Virus record (IMG/VR): IMGVR_UViG_3300025810_000004
Coordinates: 94,947 to 158,946 of that record
Source of the DNA: a virus
Strand: one strand, 5' to 3'
Length of the DNA: 64,000 bases
The position numbers and the translations under genes are program-made. The notes beneath the pieces were generated by a model. That model was not told the DNA's origin and searched no databases. It saw only the letters and a list, made by a program, of their open reading frames with translations. Of the stretch, positions 18,106-26,673 are shown one piece after another (the first letter of the stretch is position 1; every line of letters begins with the position of its first letter).

Positions 18106-20121
18106 ATGCTACTCCCCATCGAAACCCACAAGTCGGCTTCTGACACCATTGGCTCGGGCGACAACACTTATATAGCCCGTTACAAGCGACAGCAGGTCGT
18201 GGTGATGGCTGACACCTCGTACGAGGCACAGCAGATTGCAGCCAAGCACTTCCGGGCTCGCAAGCCCTACGAAGTGAGTGTCATGCTCGCGGAGAAGGGC
18301 GGCAAGCAGGTCACCCACATGCCCCTCATGGCTTCTGAGCAGGAGGCCGAGAAGTTGGAGGCCGAGGCCGAAGCCAACGAGGCACAGGCTGATGCTGACC
18401 GCCAGAAGGCCGACGCCGCTCGCATGAAGGAAGGCTGGGCTGAGGGTGCACAGGGCCGCAAGGACTGGCAGGCTTGGTTCGACCAGCAGTCTCAGGAGTT
18501 CCAGGACAAGTGGAACGAGATGAACGAGCAGTATGGGGAAGTGGTCAAGGACCAGTACAAGACCGCTGCTGGTGGTCTTTACGGCTACACCAAGGGCACC
18601 CAGCGCGACGTGGAAGCCACGATCCGCAAGTCCACCAAATATGCCACCAAGCTCGCAAAGGGCATCTACGCCAAGGACGAGCGCAGCGTGGACTTCCTGA
18701 AGACCCACGCGAAGCGCGGCAGCAAGACCGCCAAGTTGCTCCTGGTTGCTATGTCCAGTGTCGGTCCCCGAGTGGCTTCCGAAAAGTCTGCAAATGTCTT
18801 TGAGCTTCCCATAGAGAACAAGACCGCCGCGAAGCGCAAGAGCCCCTCCAACGGCATGTACGGGTTCCCTTCCAAGGTCGCTCGTCTTTCTCTCACGGCT
18901 TGCTCGGACCTGAAGTCCTACATCGGTGAGATCACCTACGATCTCCACAGCCGTCGCGCAGCGAAGCACGAGCGCATCACCGGGTTCCTCAAGGAGCACA
19001 GCAAGACCGCCAAGTGCGGTTATTCCCGCATGATTCTGTCCTGCTACCCGGACGCCCCCAAAGTCGCCAAGCAGAAGCTCCCCAAGGAACTGGAAGAGCA
19101 CCAGTTCACCTCCAAGGACGGGGACAACCCTCCCCCTGCAGACGCCGACGGCGACGGCAAGACCAACGAGCCGAAGCCCGAGGGTCTCAAAAACAAAAAG
19201 TCTTCCATGAAGAAGAAGATTGACCGCCACATGTACGTGATCCACAAGGCGGGTGACCGCTACGTGGTCACCCTGGGCGACCCGAGGAAGCCCGGTGTGG
19301 ATATTAAATTCCAGTCACCGCATATGAGCGATGTAACGGAGTACCTGGAAGACAAGGGTATCAGCAACGACCACGTATTTGATACGACTCGTAAATTCGG
19401 TATCCCCGATACCTACAGCGAGTTCTACATAAGTATGAACCGTCTTGCATCCCGAGGTGGCCACCACTATACCTCCCCCGACGGGACCGTGCTCGTGGAT
19501 ACCGCTTTCCTGAATTCCCTCGGCGGAATACGGGGGGTCTCCCTGCAGCACATGGGATTCGGTGAGTTTTTTGCCGACACCCCAAAGGGCCGGGTTGACT
19601 TCATAAGGGGAGGGGCGGATTTCCCCGGAAAGTCTGGCCGTTCCCACAAGGTCAGGGGCCCAGGTGCAGAGTGGCTCGTGGCCGAGATGACCTCCAAGGG
19701 CAAGTCTGAGGAAATGTCCTCCCACAAGAGCGCAGCTGAGGAGACGCTGAAGAAGGCGTTCGTCCCCGACTCGGTGGACGGCTGGCTGGAGTGGGCGGAA
19801 GGTTCCCGTACCGCTGCCCCCATTGACGACTTGTTTGAGATGCGTGATGTCCGGTATCCACCAGAGGTGGGTTTCATCGTTGACCTGTTGGTCAATCTGG
19901 GATTCGGGAAGGGTTACGGCTCTCCCGATGCAATCCTTCGGTGGGTGGAGGCTGGCAAGTCTGTCCCCGAAACCATCGCAGACATCACGAAGCATTGGCG
20001 TAAGCAGTTCAAGAGCACCAACCCGAAGGTGCAGGCTGCGTTTCTGAAAGCGATGGCGTCTATTGAGGACAACGCGGCTCCCGCGAAGGAGTACCCGCCG
20101 CCTCGCCGACGCCGTGCCTGA
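18106..20121 (+). CDS. Multidomain putative head/internal protein punctuated by [K/R]-x-A motifs
   Basis: 671 aa with KSAS, KTAA, RVAS, RLAS, KSAA and RTAA between apparent modules. Contains a duplicated G(L/M)YG(Y/F)...FLKxH module. Late motif at 18058-18073. Confidence 0.7.
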   Translation: MLLPIETHKSASDTIGSGDNTYIARYKRQQVVVMADTSYEAQQIAAKHFRARKPYEVSVMLAEKGGKQVTHMPLMASEQEAEKLEAEAEANEAQADADRQKADAARMKEGWAEGAQGRKDWQAWFDQQSQEFQDKWNEMNEQYGEVVKDQYKTAAGGLYGYTKGTQRDVEATIRKSTKYATKLAKGIYAKDERSVDFLKTHAKRGSKTAKLLLVAMSSVGPRVASEKSANVFELPIENKTAAKRKSPSNGMYGFPSKVARLSLTACSDLKSYIGEITYDLHSRRAAKHERITGFLKEHSKTAKCGYSRMILSCYPDAPKVAKQKLPKELEEHQFTSKDGDNPPPADADGDGKTNEPKPEGLKNKKSSMKKKIDRHMYVIHKAGDRYVVTLGDPRKPGVDIKFQSPHMSDVTEYLEDKGISNDHVFDTTRKFGIPDTYSEFYISMNRLASRGGHHYTSPDGTVLVDTAFLNSLGGIRGVSLQHMGFGEFFADTPKGRVDFIRGGADFPGKSGRSHKVRGPGAEWLVAEMTSKGKSEEMSSHKSAAEETLKKAFVPDSVDGWLEWAEGSRTAAPIDDLFEMRDVRYPPEVGFIVDLLVNLGFGKGYGSPDAILRWVEAGKSVPETIADITKHWRKQFKSTNPKVQAAFLKAMASIEDNAAPAKEYPPPRRRRA

Positions 20122-20210
20122 CAGGAGGGTGAGAAGCGGTCGCTTCCACACTCCCATCCCCACCCCGAAGACATTGACGAATGGAACCCGGTCATAGAGG
20201 ACGATGAGAA

Positions 20211-21326
20211 ATGAGCCAGCACCAGCGCGACAAGCAGGCGTACTTGAACGCCACCCCGATGCAGCGTGAGGTCGTGCGTCGGCTCCTGTGCGATGTGCTG
20301 GCGTGCCTCCGAGCACAGGCACTCTCATACCAGACGAGCCACTGGCAGGTCGTCGGGCAGTCCTTCTACGGCAACCACCTCCTGTTCGCCCGCCTCTACG
20401 AGTCGGTGAAGGAACAGGTAGACGGACTCGCCGAGAAGATCGTAGGCTACCTGGGTAGGGACGCCGTTGACCTCACCTACCAGATGGAAGACATCCGGGA
20501 CTTCACCTCGGCCTGGTCTCAGATAGGGTGTCACCACCGGAGGGGATTGCAGTCCGAAACTGACCTCCAGGCCACCCTGAAATTGGCATATAACGCCATA
20601 ACTTCCACCGGGCTTATGACTCTTGGGTTGGATGACTGGATCATGGCGACTGCCAACGCCCATGAGGAGAACGAGTACCTGCTCCAGCAGGCATTGACTC
20701 CGGTTCCGGGGCAGAAGCAGGCGTCCAAGCAGGCCAGCACCAACACCGAGCGGTACTTCTACAAGGCCACGGACGGCAAGTGGTACGTCGAGAACGAGGA
20801 GTACGAGGAGGACTGGGGCACAGGCGAGCAGATCGAAGGTGAGATGACCCATTATGGGCCGTTCCCATCGTTTGATGCCGCCGAGAAGTACATGCGCCGC
20901 AATTTCGCCAACTCCGGTTCCTACTCCGATGACCATTCCGGTCGCATGAAGCCCCCGCGCAACCCGGTGAAGCCCGGTCGTGGACGTAGGCTCTGGGGAT
21001 CTGACGCCCCTTCCGAGGAGCACCGCTTCTTCGACAACCCGGAGAAGCGTGAGGTGCGGGAGTTCGCTCAGGCAGGTGCCATCAGCAACAGCCCCGAGAT
21101 CGCCGCCGAAGCCTCCGAAGAAGACCAGCTGGACGTTTCCGAGGCCAAGGCCGTAGCGGAAGCCGAAGCGGCCCCTCCCACCCCCGAAGAGATCAAGGAA
21201 GAGCCGGGTGGAAAGACCCTGAGCACCCTGAATAGGCTGGTGGTGGAGTCCGAAGACCCCGACGCGGCAAAGGCTGCTGAAGACAACAAAGCAAGAATGG
21301 CGGCATGGCTCCGCGAACTCGGTTGA
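20211..21326 (+). CDS. Dps/ferritin-like domain fused via KQASKQAS to further domains
   Basis: SHWQVVGQSFYGNHLLFARLY...VDGLAEKI matches the Dps ferroxidase-centre signature. Confidence 0.75.
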   Translation: MSQHQRDKQAYLNATPMQREVVRRLLCDVLACLRAQALSYQTSHWQVVGQSFYGNHLLFARLYESVKEQVDGLAEKIVGYLGRDAVDLTYQMEDIRDFTSAWSQIGCHHRRGLQSETDLQATLKLAYNAITSTGLMTLGLDDWIMATANAHEENEYLLQQALTPVPGQKQASKQASTNTERYFYKATDGKWYVENEEYEEDWGTGEQIEGEMTHYGPFPSFDAAEKYMRRNFANSGSYSDDHSGRMKPPRNPVKPGRGRRLWGSDAPSEEHRFFDNPEKREVREFAQAGAISNSPEIAAEASEEDQLDVSEAKAVAEAEAAPPTPEEIKEEPGGKTLSTLNRLVVESEDPDAAKAAEDNKARMAAWLRELG

Positions 21327-21380
21327 CTCCCTATCTCCCCGTCTCAGGTATCAAGACCAACTCTCACGGAGAACATCACC

Positions 21381-21704
21381 ATGGCACGCACCCTTACCGC
21401 ATCGGATCGCAAGGCTCTGACTCGTTTGGCTTCGACCCTTGAGAAGGGTTCTGATGAACGTCGGGCGATCCTCTCCTTCCTCAAGAAGGAGGGGATGGAC
21501 TTCAAGAGAATCGACCGATACATGATCAACGCGGCGGAGGAGATGGGATCTCTTCTGTACGGGAATCCCGATGTCGCATTGAAGATCCGGGATGCTCTCG
21601 GAGGCCCCTACAAGAAATCAGCGCGGGCGCTCTTCGATGCGTACGAGAAAGCCCAGGCTAAGTTTGACTTTGCGAACGACTACGACTACGACTTCGACTA
21701 CTAG
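21381..21704 (+). CDS. Shared-leader protein 1 (38-aa leader plus unique C-terminal domain)
   Basis: MARTLTASDRKALTRLASTLEKGSDERRAILSFLKKEG; late motif at 21320-21335. Confidence 0.85.
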   Translation: MARTLTASDRKALTRLASTLEKGSDERRAILSFLKKEGMDFKRIDRYMINAAEEMGSLLYGNPDVALKIRDALGGPYKKSARALFDAYEKAQAKFDFANDYDYDFDY

Positions 21705-21738
21705 CTTCCCATAACATATTCCTTGGAGTGGTCCAATC

Positions 21739-22047
21739 ATGTCCCGTTCCCTTACTGCTTCCGATCGCAAGAACCTCATTCGCTTGGCTTCGACGCTTCC
21801 CGCTGGGAGTGCGGAGCGCCGTGCGATTCTGGCGGGGTTGAGCAAGCAGGCGTGGTCCCCGGCGCGAACGGATGCTGAAGTCTTTGCGAACGGGAACATG
21901 AACGCACGGCTCCTTGTTCGCAAGGTGGACAAGATGGTCGATGGTTTGGGGTCGTTGATGGGATTTCCAGACCAGATCGGTGTGAAGGCCGCTAAGGCTC
22001 GCCTTGCTCTGATTGAACTGGCTCGTGAGATCGGTCAATACGACTGA
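21739..22047 (+). CDS. Shared-leader protein 2
   Basis: MSRSLTASDRKNLIRLASTLPAGSAERRAILAGLSKQA; GGAG RBS. Confidence 0.85.
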   Translation: MSRSLTASDRKNLIRLASTLPAGSAERRAILAGLSKQAWSPARTDAEVFANGNMNARLLVRKVDKMVDGLGSLMGFPDQIGVKAAKARLALIELAREIGQYD

Positions 22048-22156
22048 CCCAAGAACCCCTCCAGCCGTGACCTCACGGAGTCCGGGTCTGACTCGGTAGG
22101 CTGTCTATGACCCCGATACGGGTATCAACAGACATCCTCGTTGGAGTGACCCCATC

Positions 22157-22666
22157 ATGTCCCGCACTCTCACTGCTTCCGATCGCAAGGTCCTCATTCG
22201 ACTCGCTTCTTCGCTCCCGAAGGGAGATAAGTCGCGTCGTGCGATCCTCGCTGGTCTGGCGAAGACCAGCCGATATGAGGATTTTGATGACTCCGTCATG
22301 AAAGACGCTGAGTATTACTTTGACAAAGTAGACTCCAGTCTTTTCAGCGGTTTGAAGAGGATGGATATAAAGATCCGGAAAAACGGTCGCTCCGACCACG
22401 AGTTCTTTGAAGAGGACTCACTCGGTGCGGTGGGGGAATGGACGAAGGGCTACACTTTCACTTCTCCCAGGGGTCACATAGACATATCAGTGTCCATGTA
22501 TCATAACTCCGCTGGTGATCCCATATGGTATCACTACGCGGTGCGCGGGGGGGCGGACTGGATTCCGTCTTCGGGTTGGGGCAAGATCGGGGAGGTTGAG
22601 GAGGAAGACCCCAGAAAGTTCGTAGAAAAGGTCTTGAAGGACATACAAGCCGTTCTGGCCTACTGA
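22157..22666 (+). CDS. Shared-leader protein 3
   Basis: MSRTLTASDRKVLIRLASSLPKGDKSRRAILAGLAKTS; late motif at 22094-22109. Confidence 0.85.
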   Translation: MSRTLTASDRKVLIRLASSLPKGDKSRRAILAGLAKTSRYEDFDDSVMKDAEYYFDKVDSSLFSGLKRMDIKIRKNGRSDHEFFEEDSLGAVGEWTKGYTFTSPRGHIDISVSMYHNSAGDPIWYHYAVRGGADWIPSSGWGKIGEVEEEDPRKFVEKVLKDIQAVLAY

Positions 22667-24060
22667 AACATAGGGGACAGGAATTCTGCGTAGTTCTTCC
22701 CCCTGCCTATGGACTTGGTGTTTATCGGCCTCTTCACCTGCGAATAAGAAGCCGTGGCCACGTGTCTGTCTGATTTGTGGGGGCACAAGCACCCCTCGTG
22801 GAAGCTGAGACCCAAACTCTCCAGTAGACTTGGTATCTCCGTCTCTGGGCTGGAAACCAGCTCTTCGTATCGTACCACCACGTCGGCGTCAACTTCGGTG
22901 TTCTTCCACTCCTCGTAATAGTGCTTCAGTCCCTCCACCGAGTTGGACCAAGAAGTGCCTATGGTGTGGAACATCTGCATGTAGCAGCTCGCCAGACAGT
23001 CCTCAGGGTTCCTGACGCAGTGGACTATCTTTGCGCCCGGAAACATCTGTCTTATTAGTCCGGTGTGTCTCCAGTTGCCTGGAAGTTTGTCTGTCACGTA
23101 TCCCTGCTCTGGCACCGGACCGTCGTGTTTCCCCTTCGTGTAGATGGTCGCTATCTGGTCTATCTGGTCGACCGACAAATCGGGCCACCAGGCAGCTCCA
23201 AGGTCGTTGGCTATCTTGTCCAGGTCCTTCCTCTCACCCATGGCGGTGACCTCTGGGTGCATGGAAAGGATCTGCTCCGTCAAACTGGTGCCTGACCTTG
23301 GGATTCCGACTATGAAGATGAACCGGGAGCAGTCGAGGGTGCTTGTGTTGGACCGGACCGCCTTCTTCTCAAGCTCGCGTTTGATCTTGAACTTGTCCCG
23401 GTCGTACACCAGTCCCTGCTTGTTCACCTCAGAAAAGTGGCTCCATGCTTCCGCGTAATTCCCCAATTTGTCGTGCAGCATCCCGAGTTCGTGTGCAAGC
23501 TCAGGACTCCAGACCAGCCCCTGCAGGGTGTCCACCCCCTCCTGGTGTCTGCCCATCCTTCTGAGGCACTTCGCTTTTATCACCTTGGCCTTTCTGTCGA
23601 AGTAGGCTGGTGGTAGCTTCCTGCCGTCGAGAATCACCTCCTCGACCTCGGAAGCCTGCTCCACGGCCTTCTCGCAGAAAGCTATGGCTTCCTCCAGAAG
23701 CCCCGCGACCTCCCTCACCTGCGCTCGCACCACGTTCGACCCGATGGTGTTTATCCCCTCAAGGATCTTCTCCACCTCCTCGAATTTCCCCAGCCCCACC
23801 AGCGAGAACGCATACTGTTCTCTCCATATGTCGGATTTGGGGTCGAGCAGGACCGAATTCTTGTAGCATTCTCTGGCTTCGTCTATCCTGCCCACGGAGG
23901 AAGCCACCATCCCCATGATGCCCCACAGGTACCCGTTGTCTTGGTACCTTTTCAGCATAGCCTGGAAATACTGATAGGCCCCATCCCGGTTTCCGGACTG
24001 GAACAGGTTCATCCCGAATTCGAATTCTTCGTCTATCTTTCGCATTTGGCTAAACTCCAA
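22660..24060 (-). CDS. TPR-repeat PAPS-dependent sulfotransferase
   Basis: N-terminal TPR-like helices. 5'-PSB IFIVGIPRSGTSLTEQIL, DKLP, 3'-PB VRNPEDCLAS, YEELV, TASYSQV. Confidence 0.9.
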   Translation of the reverse strand: MEFSQMRKIDEEFEFGMNLFQSGNRDGAYQYFQAMLKRYQDNGYLWGIMGMVASSVGRIDEARECYKNSVLLDPKSDIWREQYAFSLVGLGKFEEVEKILEGINTIGSNVVRAQVREVAGLLEEAIAFCEKAVEQASEVEEVILDGRKLPPAYFDRKAKVIKAKCLRRMGRHQEGVDTLQGLVWSPELAHELGMLHDKLGNYAEAWSHFSEVNKQGLVYDRDKFKIKRELEKKAVRSNTSTLDCSRFIFIVGIPRSGTSLTEQILSMHPEVTAMGERKDLDKIANDLGAAWWPDLSVDQIDQIATIYTKGKHDGPVPEQGYVTDKLPGNWRHTGLIRQMFPGAKIVHCVRNPEDCLASCYMQMFHTIGTSWSNSVEGLKHYYEEWKNTEVDADVVVRYEELVSSPETEIPSLLESLGLSFHEGCLCPHKSDRHVATASYSQVKRPINTKSIGRGKNYAEFLSPMFQ

Positions 24061-24305
24061 ATACAGGTTACCCGGAAGTTATGCCTCCGGGTAAAACACA
24101 CCGCTCTTTCCCCGCCCCCCGAACAAGAATGACCAAAAAAAGAGGGGAGGGAAAGAGCGGTGTGTCAGGAATGGGGGGCTGAGTGCTGGCCGACGACCCA
24201 TAGCGAAAGCGGGACCACAATTCGAGCCCCAGCCACTCCCGCGCGAAGGGCTCCAGCGACGGGTGCAGGGACAGGGGGATGGGGTCATCGTGGTCTTTGA
24301 GGGAA

Positions 24306-24540
24306 TCAGACACCCGGCACTCCCCTGCGAAGCTCCAGACCGTGCGGCGTGTCGACGGCGGCCAACTGGCCGGGCTTGGTGCCCAGCGCCTCGTGCGCCA
24401 GCCGGATGGCCAGCAGGCGCTGCTCGGCGGTCAGGGCAGGCGGTGCGCTGCGGCGCTCCTCACCAGGGGGCCACGTGGTGCTGGCCCGCACCACGCTGGT
24501 CTCGGTGTCGATGGTCAGGGTCAGGGTCGTCTTGGACATC
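24306..24540 (-). CDS. Small GC-rich hypothetical protein
   Basis: GGAG RBS before MSKTTLTL. Confidence 0.45.
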
Positions 24541-24987
24541 GTGTTCTCCGGTGGTTGTCTGCTGTCTCTTGGCATCAGGACGGGGAAGTGAGATCAGTCA
24601 CGCCTTCATCTCCAAGAAGCACAACGGCAGTCCGTCGTGCGCGGGGAAGCGGTTGATGAGGTTGGCGCAGGACTCGCAGTAGAGCAGCGGCGTCCCTCGG
24701 TTGGACCACGCGGGGTCAGCCTTGTTGGTGCAGGCTCCGCGCCCACACTCAGGCTTCTCGCCACGAGCACGAGCCTCGTCCTGCCACTTGCGGCGGTCGT
24801 GGTAGTCGTCGGGCTTGGGGCGGCTCACAGCGCCTCCAGCAGCCCCGCCACGCTGTTCAGCGCCACGGCGGCCATGGTGAGGATGGAAAGGCACCACAGC
24901 GCCAGCAGGGACAGCGTGGTGCGGTGCTCGTCCGCGTCGGGCGTCCAGCGAGGACGGCGCAGACCGATGTGGGGGTCGCGGGGGGTG

Positions 24988-25075
24988 TGGCGGAGAGAGT
25001 GGGATTCGAACCCACGGTACGTTGCCGCACACTCGCGTTCCAGGCGAGCACCTTCGTCCACTCGGTCATCTCTCC
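24988..25075 (-). tRNA. tRNA-Ser(GGA)
   Basis: GGAGAGA acceptor, anticodon arm ctcgc-ctGGAac-gcgag, long variable arm, GGTTCGAATCC, encoded CCA. Confidence 0.95.
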
Positions 25076-25087
25076 AAAATTCTACGG

Positions 25088-25170
25088 TAGGGACGGTGGG
25101 ATTCGAACCCACAAGACCGTAAGGCCAGCAGATTTTAAATCTGCCATGTCTACCATTCCATCACATCCCC
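25088..25170 (-). tRNA. tRNA-Leu(TAA)
   Basis: GGGGATG acceptor, anticodon arm gcaga-ttTAAaa-tctgc, variable arm, GGTTCGAATCC. Confidence 0.92.
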
Positions 25171-25177
25171 GAAAAAA

Positions 25178-25249
25178 TGGACCCGGTGGGAGTCGAACCC
25201 CTGACCCCCTGCGTGCAGGCAGGTGCTCTCCCAACTGAGCTACAGCCCC
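25178..25249 (-). tRNA. Atypical or pseudo tRNA-Ala(TGC)
   Basis: Ala-type 5' half GGGGCTGTAGCTCAGTTGGGAGAGC with G3:U70, but a 6-nt anticodon loop (ctgcac) and mismatches in the T and acceptor stems. Confidence 0.65.
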
Positions 25250-25266
25250 ATTATGTCGTCAAAGTT

Positions 25267-25416
25267 GGCACACTTTAACCGGTGTGCCAGCGGGTTTGTA
25301 AGCCACGTTTTGCAAGCTCTTGAACTTTAATTCCAGAACACGTTTTCCTACCTCTTGGCTCTTAGTTGGCTTGTTGTCACCAACTACAAGGCACACTTTA
25401 ACCGGTGTGCCAGCGG
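25267..25416 (-). repeat. Two identical 27-bp hairpin/pseudoknot elements (25267-25293 and 25390-25416)
   Basis: Minus strand CCGCTGGCACACCGGTTAAAGTGTGCC occurs twice. Confidence 0.85.
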
Positions 25417-25725
25417 TATAGGTTTAGATTTTCACTTACGTTTCGGGCTTCGCCACGATGCGCTGGATGCCTTCTCAGACTTTAGCCTCCGATAACCTAA
25501 AACGGAGGTCGCACTCTTGTTCCGCCTTCTGCCGTGAGGCTCCAACGGGGGTGCAAAGTTATCAGATTTTCAATGAACTATTCGGGTTTTACCGAGCAGG
25601 GCTCGCAAACCGGAAGCCAACCACTTTTCCATCTTCTGGACTTGGTAGCTTTTGATGAACATTGCCCCCAATCACACGTAGGATTGGGGCGAAGTTGGGG
25701 ACCACACAAAGTGATGTGACCTACT

Positions 25726-26391
25726 TCAGAACCAGGGGGTTTCCCCCCAGAAATCTCGGTATACAAGGTATTGTTCTGTAGCATACCTTTGGGCGGCAGG
25801 TCCTGATCCATTATACCGACGGAGAGCGTCTTTGGGGTCGCCTTTTGCATATCTGAGAGCTTCCGAAAGAACGAATCCCACAGCGTGTAGGTTTACCTCC
25901 GGGTCGTATAGGTCATCGACCGAATTGATGATACCCTCCCTTTTGAGGGTCGTCTCCCAAACGACCGGGTGAATCTGGCCCAGACCTATTTCTCCTGCTG
26001 CCCCGAGCGCGTCGGTCTTGCATCGGCTCTCCCTGTACACGGTCAGTGCTATGACTCTGGGGTTGACTTTGTGGGCTTCTGCCGCTTTTCCGATGAAGGC
26101 GTTGAACTCTTCTGGGGGGTTGATCCTACAGTGCTGGGCGAAGTCTTCGGTCGGAAGTCCCTCAGGAACTTCGCTGTCGGCTCCCCCATTTCCTGCAATA
26201 CTGTCTCCCTGTCCCCCTTCTCCCACAAGGTCACCAGTCTCTCGCACTCCTGTATGGTCCGTGTCTTCACAGTATTCCTTTCCGACCTTCACGAAGGCCA
26301 GCAGGGCGAATGTGAAGGCTGCCCCGCACGCAAAGAACCCCAACGCCTCGTAGAAGCGATGGTTGCCCTCAGTATACAGAGGCGGTCTCAC
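25726..26391 (-). CDS. Membrane-anchored lytic transglycosylase (SLT family)
   Basis: N-terminal TM; catalytic RES, GLGQI, LYDPEVN, ALRRYNG. Confidence 0.88.
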   Translation of the reverse strand: MRPPLYTEGNHRFYEALGFFACGAAFTFALLAFVKVGKEYCEDTDHTGVRETGDLVGEGGQGDSIAGNGGADSEVPEGLPTEDFAQHCRINPPEEFNAFIGKAAEAHKVNPRVIALTVYRESRCKTDALGAAGEIGLGQIHPVVWETTLKREGIINSVDDLYDPEVNLHAVGFVLSEALRYAKGDPKDALRRYNGSGPAAQRYATEQYLVYRDFWGETPWF

Positions 26392-26673
26392 GATGCACTC
26401 TCACGGTCCTTCCGCGACTGGATGGCCGACCGAATGTGCCTCTGGTCCACGTTTGGGAACTGGCGCTTGACCTGCTTCCGGCTGGGGCACTCAGGCTGGG
26501 CGTCTACCCATGCCTGCACCCTGTTGCGCTGTTCACGGCTTTCGTACACTCTCGCGTCTCCGAAGTTGGTCTATACCTACAGTTTACAATACCACCGTCT
26601 TGTGGTTTATCGTTCTTCTCCGGTCCGTGTTTTATAGGTAAAGTAACCACAGAAGCAAGAAGCACGGGACCCA

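Noticed and set aside
8143-22666. Major capsid protein or prohead protease assignment
   Set aside because: No recognisable HK97-fold or protease motifs; these genes are probably outside the window.
25178-25249. tmRNA
   Set aside because: It has a full D arm and tRNA length, with no tag ORF between the ends.
25267-25416. CRISPR array suggested by the 27-bp palindromic repeat
   Set aside because: Only two copies, a 96-bp spacer, and no cas genes in the window.
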